This document shows positions 39,876 to 48,261 of a stretch of 64,000 bases of DNA, in pieces. The notes below the pieces were generated by a model, which was given only the letters and a program-made list of their open reading frames with translations, was not told where the DNA came from and ran no database searches. A program made the translations under genes and the position numbers. Location: assembly GCA_963674965.2 (NCBI GenBank), contig CAXXFL010000003.1:128001-192000 (forward strand), given 5' to 3'. How positions within the stretch are numbered: the stretch's first letter is position 1; each line of letters starts with the position of its first letter. The stretch is from a bacterium (GTDB taxonomy: Bacteria > RBG-13-61-14 > DATKZS01).

Positions 39876-40178
39876 TTATTTTTTCCTCAGTTCGTCCATG
39901 GCCTTCTTCTGCATCATCCAGATGAAGAAGTCCGGGCTTAACCTGTTGATGTACCACAAGAACTTAGCCATGCCCGTCACCACGATAGTGGCCTTGTTCG
40001 CCTCGACGCCTTTCAGTATCTGACGGGCGCATTCTTCCGGGGGGAGGGCGTTTGTAAAAGGCTCGAGCATCTTTTCGCGCTCGAGGTTTCGAAGCTCGGT
40101 GGTATGCTTGATGGTCGTGTCGATAATACCCGAGGCCGCGCCAGTGACGATAGCCGTCTTCTCCGCGAAATAATCCAT
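39876..40178 (-). pseudogene. Short-chain dehydrogenase/reductase with an in-frame internal deletion
   Basis: N-terminal KTAIVTGAASGI is joined directly to a C-terminal SDR segment (IDT...PEECARQILKGVEANKATIV). No YxxxK; only 100 aa. Confidence 0.75.
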
Positions 40179-41414
40179 TCAAGGGTTCACCCGAAAATTC
40201 CTCACCCGATGGAAAGTGAGAAAATTGGCGTCGTGAAAATCATGGGCGCCTCCCATCCCGTCGTCGAAGGCGGTGCGGGAGACGAGGATAATGTCGTTCC
40301 CCTCGAATACCCAGTCCACGTATTGAAAGGCGTGCCTTTTAACGTCCGGATGGTGAAGTATGGTCCGCTCGATCTTCCAGTTAACGAGGTCGCTCGAGCT
40401 TATAAGAGTCTGGGCGTTCCGGACCTTAAAGGGGTCGCGACCTCCGGAACAACTCTCCGGCCCGGCGTTGGCCATGGTCCAGTAGCGGTCCGTCCTGGGA
40501 TCATGGCGGATGGTGAACTTCTTGGCCCCTCCAGGAAACTCGATGAAGCCATTTGCAGGATCGAAGGACGCCTCCCGTCCGCCGGGTCCAATCCGAACTA
40601 TGGCCGCCAGTTCCTTTTCACCGCACTGGTCGATCCGAAGGACGTCGACTATTCCTCCATCCGGGGCCTCGACGGCGTTTCCCTCCAGCCACACGCGCGG
40701 CCAGTCGCAAAGGGGCGACCTTCCCACCAGCCATGCCTGGTCGAAAGCCAGCCGCTCGGAAAGGGTCCAGCTATCCGCCCGAAGAAGGTTCGCGTCCTCG
40801 GGCGCCGAGGCCATGAAGGCGCTGAACCTCCGGTCCCAGGGAAAGGGCCCGCTGGTCTTTTCCATGGCCCGCCATAGTCGGCCCTCGTGGACGACGACGG
40901 GCACGGGGGCCGTATGGCTCCAGTCCTTTATTATGAGGCCGCTCTTGTCGTCGCGAGGCGTGGACCAGGACTCGCCCCCGTCGTCGCTTTTCACGATCAC
41001 CGCGTGGCCCATGCACCTCGAGGTACCCATCATGTAGGTCGAGCCGCAATGATGAAAGATGGACGCCCAGAAGAGCCCCTTGACGCCGGACTTGAAACTC
41101 CAAGTATTCCCGCCGTCGATCGAGGAAAAAACCAGGGTGGTCGGGCGGACGTACTCGTTCGACGCGGGCCCGAACAGGTCGCACTTGGCCAGGTAAGTGC
41201 CGTCGGGCAAAATGACGATCCCCGGCGAACCCACGTATTTCATGGTCCGGGCCGGGACGTGATACACGATGGCGCCCGGAACGCCGCTCTCCTTCAAGTC
41301 CTTTGCCCAAGCGGGGTCCCACCGCGGCGTCCCGGCCCCGGCCGGCCCGGCCCACAACGGCAAGGACCCGCCAATCAAGGCGCCGCACGCCGCGAGCATG
41401 TCTCTTCTGTTCAT
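40179..41414 (-). CDS. Tat-exported BNR/Asp-box sialidase-family protein
   Basis: Twin-arginine MNRRDML, Asp boxes SIDGGNTW, SDDGGESW and SSDLVNW, plus FQYVDW. Confidence 0.8.
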   Translation of the reverse strand: MNRRDMLAACGALIGGSLPLWAGPAGAGTPRWDPAWAKDLKESGVPGAIVYHVPARTMKYVGSPGIVILPDGTYLAKCDLFGPASNEYVRPTTLVFSSIDGGNTWSFKSGVKGLFWASIFHHCGSTYMMGTSRCMGHAVIVKSDDGGESWSTPRDDKSGLIIKDWSHTAPVPVVVHEGRLWRAMEKTSGPFPWDRRFSAFMASAPEDANLLRADSWTLSERLAFDQAWLVGRSPLCDWPRVWLEGNAVEAPDGGIVDVLRIDQCGEKELAAIVRIGPGGREASFDPANGFIEFPGGAKKFTIRHDPRTDRYWTMANAGPESCSGGRDPFKVRNAQTLISSSDLVNWKIERTILHHPDVKRHAFQYVDWVFEGNDIILVSRTAFDDGMGGAHDFHDANFLTFHRVRNFRVNP

Positions 41415-41461
41415 GACAACTTAGCTCCTGGCCGGCCCGGCGGCCGCCGCGCGGGAGGACC

Positions 41462-42043
41462 CTATCCGCGAGCCAGCTTCTCCCCCAGCGCCCTGGCCGC
41501 CTTCATCGCCTTGGGGTCCTTTTTCACCAGGGCCTTATCGAAAATCCCGAAGACCGGCAGCTCGCCTTTGACCCTGTATCCCAGGGCCTCGAGGGGCATG
41601 GTCATGGCCTCGAGGGTGAAGCCCATGTCCTTCCTGTTCGGCTGCTCGCATATGGCCGCGGCGACGGCCACGCGTCCCCCTCCAGCCAGCCGGCTCGAGT
41701 AGCCGCGAGGCCGGTCGTCGGTAAAGTCGTAATAACAATAGAGCCGGTCGATAAAGGCCTTCATCAGGGCCGACACGTTGTATTGATGAGTGGGAGAGAC
41801 CAGCGCCAGTGCCCCGGCCTCCTCGATCAAGGGATAGATCAGCTGCATGCCGTCCCTCACCCCCGTGCAGGCCTTGTCCTTGCGGCAACGCTCGCAGCCG
41901 ATGCAGCTCGAGAAATCGTAGTCGCGAAGATGGACCGCCATCACCTCCGCTCCCGCGCTTTTCGCGCCCGCCAGTATTTCCCGCAGGAGAGCGTCGCTGT
42001 TTCCTCCCCTCCGGGGACTTCCGTCAATTCCCAGGACCTTCAT
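41462..42043 (-). CDS. Iron-sulfur flavoprotein / flavodoxin-like (NADPH-dependent FMN reductase family)
   Basis: GSPRRGGNS, CIGCERCRKDKAC, SPTH and MKAFIDRL. Confidence 0.88.
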   Translation of the reverse strand: MKVLGIDGSPRRGGNSDALLREILAGAKSAGAEVMAVHLRDYDFSSCIGCERCRKDKACTGVRDGMQLIYPLIEEAGALALVSPTHQYNVSALMKAFIDRLYCYYDFTDDRPRGYSSRLAGGGRVAVAAAICEQPNRKDMGFTLEAMTMPLEALGYRVKGELPVFGIFDKALVKKDPKAMKAARALGEKLARG

Positions 42044-42137
42044 GATTTGGGCCTCCCTATACACTGGTTTATAATTGTTCCAAGATGATATCGCATCCGG
42101 CCGTGCATATAAAATCCAGACGTAAGGGAGATCGATC

Positions 42138-43346
42138 ATGAGAGTAACCAAACCCAAATTATGGCCAATTGCATTCTTTGCCTGTCTCGCGCTTTTTTCG
42201 GGAATGGCCCGAGCCGAGGCGCCGGCCACGGAGTTCGACGACATGTACGAGGCCGTGGCCGCCTACATGATGGACCCGGCCAACCACCCCGACCTGGCGG
42301 GCGGCGTGGTCAACGTCGAGTACGGGGACGCCAAGGTGTACGGCCCCGCCTGGATATATCTTCGGGACTCGAGCCCCTATTTCGAGGCCGGCCCCGAGGA
42401 ACTGGCCGTGGCCGACGCCATGATCGAGCGCTACCGCGAGTACTTCGACCGCTTCGAGGCCGCTCCGATCAAGTCCCTGACCGGCGACTTCGACGTCCTC
42501 ATGCACGTGGCCATCGGGATCGAGGGCGTGTTCAAGGCTTACGAGCACGACCCGCGTCCAGAGTACCGAGAGCTCATTATCCGTTACCTCGAGTTGGTCA
42601 AGCCCATCGCGAAACGTCCCTCCATCATTTACGACTATCACGTCGAGCCCTACGGCCCGATCACGGTGGTGGCGGGCGGGGCCTGGTTCTACCTTTCCTA
42701 TCCTCTCACCTTTGGAATGGACGACCCCAAAAGCGGGGAATACATGGAAATCGGTCTCGGTATAATCGCCAAGCTGGATAATAGGCTGTTCGACGAGAAG
42801 GAAAAGAAATACCTGTATTCCATCCGGCCCGGGTACGATTTCACCTACGCCTACACCAACATGGTCATGGCCCAGGCCCTGGTCAGGGCTTACGTTCTGA
42901 CCGGTGAAGAACGTTATTACCGGCGCGGCCTGGATATTCTGGAGACCATGGATCGAGACCTTTATCATCCCGGCTATAAGGGCTACATGGCGGCCGAGGA
43001 CCTGGGCAAATACTATCGGCGCTATCGAAAGATCGGGCCGCAATACAACCACGAGTACATGGCCCTTTCCGCCCACAACTACATCGCCTACGCCTGCTTC
43101 GCCTTTTACGAGGCCGGGGGCTTCAAGGACGAACGCCTGCTCGAGATGGCCCGGCGGGCCCTTTCCTTTCAAAAGGAGTGGCTCTGGGACGGGGCGGGAA
43201 GGATCGAGCACGACATCAAGCGCGGCGTGGTGACGGGGCCCGAGGACTACTGCGGCGGGTGCAACCTGCAAACCCTTTACAACGTGGTCCTATTAAAAAG
43301 CGCCATGATGAAGGAGCCGGCCCTAGGGTTGGCCGGACGTCGATAA
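42138..43346 (+). CDS. Secreted (alpha/alpha)-barrel protein, glycoside hydrolase-like (six-hairpin / GH76-like)
   Basis: Signal peptide and helical repeats such as QALVRAYVLTGEERYYRRG. Family assignment is tentative. Confidence 0.5.
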   Translation: MRVTKPKLWPIAFFACLALFSGMARAEAPATEFDDMYEAVAAYMMDPANHPDLAGGVVNVEYGDAKVYGPAWIYLRDSSPYFEAGPEELAVADAMIERYREYFDRFEAAPIKSLTGDFDVLMHVAIGIEGVFKAYEHDPRPEYRELIIRYLELVKPIAKRPSIIYDYHVEPYGPITVVAGGAWFYLSYPLTFGMDDPKSGEYMEIGLGIIAKLDNRLFDEKEKKYLYSIRPGYDFTYAYTNMVMAQALVRAYVLTGEERYYRRGLDILETMDRDLYHPGYKGYMAAEDLGKYYRRYRKIGPQYNHEYMALSAHNYIAYACFAFYEAGGFKDERLLEMARRALSFQKEWLWDGAGRIEHDIKRGVVTGPEDYCGGCNLQTLYNVVLLKSAMMKEPALGLAGRR

Positions 43347-43542
43347 TGGTATACTTTTCTTGACCATCTCCGGCCGCTTTGCTATGATCCAACCACGGTG
43401 GATCGGCATAGGCGATGGGGGAAAGCCGCTCAGGCTAAGCCGTTTCGATCCAATGATATTCCTTTACTAATTGACCGATATTTATCGCTCCGGCCAAGGC
43501 CCGCGAAACCGGGGCGCCATTTCACGGCAAGGAGACCGGGCA

Positions 43543-45663
43543 ATGTCCGCGATTCCCGAGGACTCGCGAGAGGGTAAAGGCATACTCTCCAACCAGGTGT
43601 TTCGAGACCTGGCGACGATAGTGGGCGTCCTTTTGTCCATCGAGGCGGGCGGCGTCCTCTACTCGATCTATATTCTCGGCCTTTACAAAGACGGCCGATG
43701 GTCCTGGTACATCGCGCTCGACGTTTTGCTTTTTATAGCCGTTATGGCGGTCGGAGCTTTCCTGGGAGTGCGGTGGGGAAAGGACGTAAATGTTTTCGGC
43801 GAGCTTGTAAGGGCGGGAGAGCCCACCACCGTCGAGCAGGCCAAAAAGGCGGCCAAGGCCATTTTCGAGTGGCCCAAAAAAGCCGCCATATTTTATTGCC
43901 TGGCTTACTCCGCGGCTTTTATCTTATGTCTCGCCGTTCTTACACGCCTGGGACACATATCGGCGCGGGAATCGGGCGGCCTTATCGCCTTTAAGCTCAT
44001 CGCCATCTTCAGCATGAGCGTGATCGTCTACAGCGCCTGTAAAATGGTCGAGCGTCCCATGCTGGGCGAGGCGGTGGCAAGGCTCTTCGCCGGACGAGTT
44101 TACTCCTGGCCCCATTCCAGGATCGAAATCAGGTATAAAATCTTCGGCGTGCTGGCCATGGTCGCGGCCTACCTGATGTGCGGTTCAGTGCTCATGGGTT
44201 TCAGCCAGGCCAGACGGGCCCGCGCCGCTCAGCTTGAAAGCGATCTGACCTTCTGGCTGGGCCAAGCCGAGGAGTCCCTGAAAAGGCGGGGGCAAAAACC
44301 GGATTTCTCCGGGCTACCCGACAAGATCGGATCGTCGTCAAACCTCGTGGCCGTCTCCTCCTCGGGCGAGATACTGGCCGGTGACGTTTGGGCCCTTACT
44401 CCAGATGAACTCGAGATGATCGTTACCTCCGACGCCAAGGGACCCGTCATCGACAATAAAAACGGCCGCGTGATTATTCTCGGGGACCCTCTCGAGTCGG
44501 GCCATCGCCTCGCGGCGGTGGGAAAGCTTGAAGCCGGCGGCCTTTCCGCCAGGGTCCGTAACGACCTTATCGCGCTTCTCCTGGCCAGCCTGCTGCTGCT
44601 GGCGGCGGCCACCTACATTCTGGTCAACGATATAAACGGTCCCCTTCAGAACGTGCTCGAGTTCCTCCGCGCCATAGCCGACAACGAGACGGGCAAAAAC
44701 CTCAGGGCCTATTCCGAGGACGAAATGGGCGACTTCGCCCGCGAGCTGGCCAGGACCACGGACCTGTTGCGCGACCGCAACCGGAGCATCGAGCTCCTCC
44801 ATCACATCGAGGCCCTGTCCGAGTCGATCGAGATCAACTGCTCCTTTACCAAGAGCGCCGTCGAGGAGCAGGCCGCGGGCGCGCTCGAGCAGGGCGAGGC
44901 CGTTCACGACGCCCTCCAGATTTCGGCGGAGCTGGCCATCACCGCGGGCAGCATCTCCAAAAACGCCAACTCCCTGCTGCGGGACGCGGAGGAAAACCTC
45001 TCCTTTTGCACCGAAAGCCGCGAGCGCCTGACGAGAGTGCTCGAGGATTTGCGGTCCATGGCCGACTTCGTTCACGAGCTGTCCGACGTGGTGGTTTATC
45101 TGGGGAGGAATATCGGCGACGTCACCCTGGGCATGGAGATGATCGAGGAAATCAACGAGCAGCTAAACCTGCTGGCGTTTAACGCCCAGCTCGAGGCGGC
45201 GGGGGCGGGCGAGGCCGGGTCCAGGTTCATGGTCGTGGCGGAGGAAACGGCCAGACTGTGCCGGCGGGCGTTCGTCTCCGCCGAGGCCATCGGCGAGATG
45301 ATCGAGCAAACCAGGGACGCCATGGAACGAGCGGCCGAAACCTCGATGAAGGGCATCGAGATCGTAACCAAAAACGAGGCCATGATCGACGAGATAACGG
45401 CGACGATCGTCGAAATCGACGGGAGGGCGAGAGACTCCGAGGAAACGGCCAGGGGTATAGCGGCCATCACCGCCCAACAGGAGGCGGCCTGCGGCGAAAT
45501 GAACGAAACCATCGAGGGACTGAGCGCGGCGGCCGCTCAGATAAAATCGAACGCGGACAACGTCCTGTCCGCCATCACCAAGCTCGCCACCATGACCGTC
45601 CAGTTGGAAAAAGAGTTGAACGTGGCCAACCGCGACGGGGCCCAAAAGCGGACGATCAACTGA
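43543..45663 (+). CDS. Methyl-accepting chemotaxis protein, multi-TM type
   Basis: Several N-terminal TMs, a HAMP-like PLQNV...EDEMGDFA and the signalling hairpin LNLLAFNAQLEAAGAGEAG...VVAEE. Confidence 0.85.
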   Translation: MSAIPEDSREGKGILSNQVFRDLATIVGVLLSIEAGGVLYSIYILGLYKDGRWSWYIALDVLLFIAVMAVGAFLGVRWGKDVNVFGELVRAGEPTTVEQAKKAAKAIFEWPKKAAIFYCLAYSAAFILCLAVLTRLGHISARESGGLIAFKLIAIFSMSVIVYSACKMVERPMLGEAVARLFAGRVYSWPHSRIEIRYKIFGVLAMVAAYLMCGSVLMGFSQARRARAAQLESDLTFWLGQAEESLKRRGQKPDFSGLPDKIGSSSNLVAVSSSGEILAGDVWALTPDELEMIVTSDAKGPVIDNKNGRVIILGDPLESGHRLAAVGKLEAGGLSARVRNDLIALLLASLLLLAAATYILVNDINGPLQNVLEFLRAIADNETGKNLRAYSEDEMGDFARELARTTDLLRDRNRSIELLHHIEALSESIEINCSFTKSAVEEQAAGALEQGEAVHDALQISAELAITAGSISKNANSLLRDAEENLSFCTESRERLTRVLEDLRSMADFVHELSDVVVYLGRNIGDVTLGMEMIEEINEQLNLLAFNAQLEAAGAGEAGSRFMVVAEETARLCRRAFVSAEAIGEMIEQTRDAMERAAETSMKGIEIVTKNEAMIDEITATIVEIDGRARDSEETARGIAAITAQQEAACGEMNETIEGLSAAAAQIKSNADNVLSAITKLATMTVQLEKELNVANRDGAQKRTIN

Positions 45664-45831
45664 ACGATATCCCGAGTCGCCTCCCTCTCGCTCGCCTGGA
45701 CTTAAGTTTCGGGTTATGCCGCCACCCGGAAGTGGACTCGAGGATCGAGGCCATGATGATAAAAGAGGAAGAGGCGAAAAGACAAAACCCCGGCGGCTGG
45801 ACGTGAAATCGCGATCATTTAAGGCAAGGCC

Positions 45832-46716
45832 ATGGAAGATAAAAGCGGCGAGAAAAGGAATCTCAAGGATCGGATCAAGGAGCTTGTCAAAAAGTCCCTT
45901 AGAATTGCCGCGCTCGTTATCGCGGGCCTTTCGGTTTTCTTGTATTTTTTTCAGTCGATCTACATGTATCGCCCATTGCCGGACATTATCTTGACGCCGG
46001 ATAAGGTGGGCTTGGATTACGAGGACGTTACCTTCACCTCGGAGGACGGAGTGCGTCTTCATGGGTGGTTCTTTGCTCCGAAGAAGGACCCGGTCGTTAT
46101 CCTTTTTTGTCACTCCAACGCGGGTAATATCTCCTACTATCTTGAGACGATATCCATTCTGACCGACCTGGGGCGCGGCGTCTTCATCTTCGACTACCGC
46201 GGCTTCGGTCTCAGCGAGGGCAAGCCTGACGAGGAGGGAACGTACAAGGACGCCAAGGCGGCCTGGAAATATCTCACCCGAGAGCGGGGCCTCGACGAGA
46301 GCCTCATCGTGGTTCACGGCCGATCCCTTGGCGGGGCCGCGGCGGCCTATCTGGCGGCGCATAAAAACCCCAGGGCGCTTATCGTCGAGTCGTCCTTCTC
46401 CTCCTTTCCCGAAGTGGCCCGGGACTATTACCCATATCTGCCCGTGGGCCTCATCGCCAGGTATCAATACCCCACGGCCGAATACGTCTCCCGCTCCGCG
46501 TGTCCCAAACTGATCATGCACGGCCGCGACGACGAGGTCGTGCCCTTTTACCACGGCGAGAAAATATTCAAAGCCGCGAAGCCGCCCAAGCGCTTCGTCG
46601 AGCTGAAGGGAGACCACAACGACGGCTTCAGTCTCTCGGGAGACGTCTATAAAAATTCGATATCGGAGTTTCTTGATTCACTTTCCCCGTCAAAGGCGCG
46701 TATCCGTAACGAGTAA
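45832..46716 (+). CDS. Alpha/beta hydrolase (ABHD13/YfhR-like)
   Basis: LHGWF, FDYRGFGLSEG, nucleophile GRSLG, HGRDDEVVP and GDHND. Confidence 0.9.
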   Translation: MEDKSGEKRNLKDRIKELVKKSLRIAALVIAGLSVFLYFFQSIYMYRPLPDIILTPDKVGLDYEDVTFTSEDGVRLHGWFFAPKKDPVVILFCHSNAGNISYYLETISILTDLGRGVFIFDYRGFGLSEGKPDEEGTYKDAKAAWKYLTRERGLDESLIVVHGRSLGGAAAAYLAAHKNPRALIVESSFSSFPEVARDYYPYLPVGLIARYQYPTAEYVSRSACPKLIMHGRDDEVVPFYHGEKIFKAAKPPKRFVELKGDHNDGFSLSGDVYKNSISEFLDSLSPSKARIRNE

Positions 46717-46753
46717 ATAGACTTATTCCGCCGCCCATGCTCGTTTCATTTAT

Positions 46754-48096
46754 GGTTCTACGTAATTTAGTGTGGGTGAATTGACCGCCCCCGTTCTCTT
46801 TGTCAGAGTAGTTTTAGCAAAAAGCACCAAAACAAGGAGGACGAGATGGCGGTCAAAAAGGATTATATCGATATTATGGTCAACATTCCAGGTTTTTCCG
46901 TTCATCGGGTCAGCACTCATACTTGGGAGGGAGATGAATTCCCCAGCCTGATGATCGAGCTTTCGCGCGATCGCAACGTTTACAAGTGCAGATGCGGCAG
47001 GGAGTTCAGCGCGTATTACGACTGCGACGAACGTTGCGTCCGTGATCTTTCCTACGGCGTCTTCAAGCGGAGTTACCTTTTTTTCTATCAGGTCCGCGTT
47101 GATTGCCCCGACCGCGGAGTGGTCACCGAGAGCCTCGAGTGGACGCTTCCCCGGGTCGAGTACTCGAAACGTCTTGCCGCCGAGGTGGCTTTGGCCTGCG
47201 AGGAGATTCGTAGCCTTAAGGCCGTTGCCGAGCAGTACGGCCTCCACGAGAAGACGGTCAAGGCCATAGACAAGGCCGCGCTGGATGAGCGAGTGCCCGA
47301 TCCGTCCGAGGCTTCTCCCACCGTCATCGGCGTGGACGAGTTTTCCATCCGCCGCCGCCATCGCTACGCCACGGCCGTGATCGACTTCAAGAGCGGTGAA
47401 ATCCCCTACATCGGCCTGGACCGGACCAAGGAGAGCCTGTCCTTTTTTTACGAGGCCCTGGGGCCGGAAAAGTGCGAGAAGATCGAGGCGGTGGCCATGG
47501 ACATGTGGAAGCCTTATGAGGAGGCCACTCGCGAGCATTGCCCTAACGCCGCGATAGTTTACGATCCCTTCCACGTCATTTCGGCTTACGGACGCGAGGT
47601 GGTGGACAAGGTCCGGGTCCAGGAATTCAGGATGGCCCGAGGCGAACGCAAGGAAGCCATCAAGGGCAGCCGCTACCTGCTTCTTAAAAACGCCTCGAAC
47701 CTTGACGTGGAAAGGGGCGAGCACGTTCGGTTGGCCGATCTCCTCCGGCTTAACCGCAAGCTTTTCAAAGTCTATGTTCTTAAGGACGACCTCAAGCAGA
47801 TCTGGAGGTATAAAAGCGAGGCTTGGTCGCGCAAGTGGCTGATGAACTGGTATCATCGAGCGATGAGATCGCGGATCGACGCTTTGAAGAAATTCGCCAA
47901 GAAGCTCAAGGATCACATGCCCGGTCTCATCTCTCATTGCCGTTATCCTATTCACACCAGCCTCATCGAGGGAGTGAACAACAAGATCAAGGTGATAAAG
48001 CGCATTGCCTTCGGCTTCAGGGACATGGAATACTTCTTCCTAAAGATAAGGGGCGCTTTCCATGCTAAATATACCCATACTTAAATACGTTGAACC
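46754..48096 (+). mobile_element. ISL3-family insertion sequence, full length
   Basis: 24-bp imperfect TIRs (GGTTCTACGTAATTTAGTGTGGGT vs reverse-complemented GGTTCAACGTATTTAAGTATGGGT, 20/24). 8-bp TSD TCATTTAT at 46746-46753 and 48097-48104. Confidence 0.95.
46846..48084 (+). CDS. ISL3-family transposase
   Basis: IGVDEF, AMDMWKPY, YDPFHV and EGVNNKIKVIKRIAFGFRD. Confidence 0.95.
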   Translation: MAVKKDYIDIMVNIPGFSVHRVSTHTWEGDEFPSLMIELSRDRNVYKCRCGREFSAYYDCDERCVRDLSYGVFKRSYLFFYQVRVDCPDRGVVTESLEWTLPRVEYSKRLAAEVALACEEIRSLKAVAEQYGLHEKTVKAIDKAALDERVPDPSEASPTVIGVDEFSIRRRHRYATAVIDFKSGEIPYIGLDRTKESLSFFYEALGPEKCEKIEAVAMDMWKPYEEATREHCPNAAIVYDPFHVISAYGREVVDKVRVQEFRMARGERKEAIKGSRYLLLKNASNLDVERGEHVRLADLLRLNRKLFKVYVLKDDLKQIWRYKSEAWSRKWLMNWYHRAMRSRIDALKKFAKKLKDHMPGLISHCRYPIHTSLIEGVNNKIKVIKRIAFGFRDMEYFFLKIRGAFHAKYTHT

Positions 48097-48261
48097 TCAT
48101 TTATATTCCTGAAAGCCATAGAGTCGCCATGACCTCTTTGCTCCTAGGCGCGATTATTCAGAGGCGCTTGGTTGTCGGCTTGGAAAATGTGGCTACTCTC
48201 CGTCCACTATGAAAAGAGTTCGAATGATTTTACCGTAGCTGGATTCTCTTCCTCGAAACGG

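Noticed and set aside
43385-43535. Fluoride- or c-di-GMP-I-like riboswitch upstream of the MCP
   Set aside because: Only partial matches (ATAGGCGATGG and a GAAA loop). The conserved downstream elements are absent.
46750-47955. 401-aa minus-strand ORF and similar long antisense ORFs across the window
   Set aside because: They are shadows of well-supported genes on the opposite strand.
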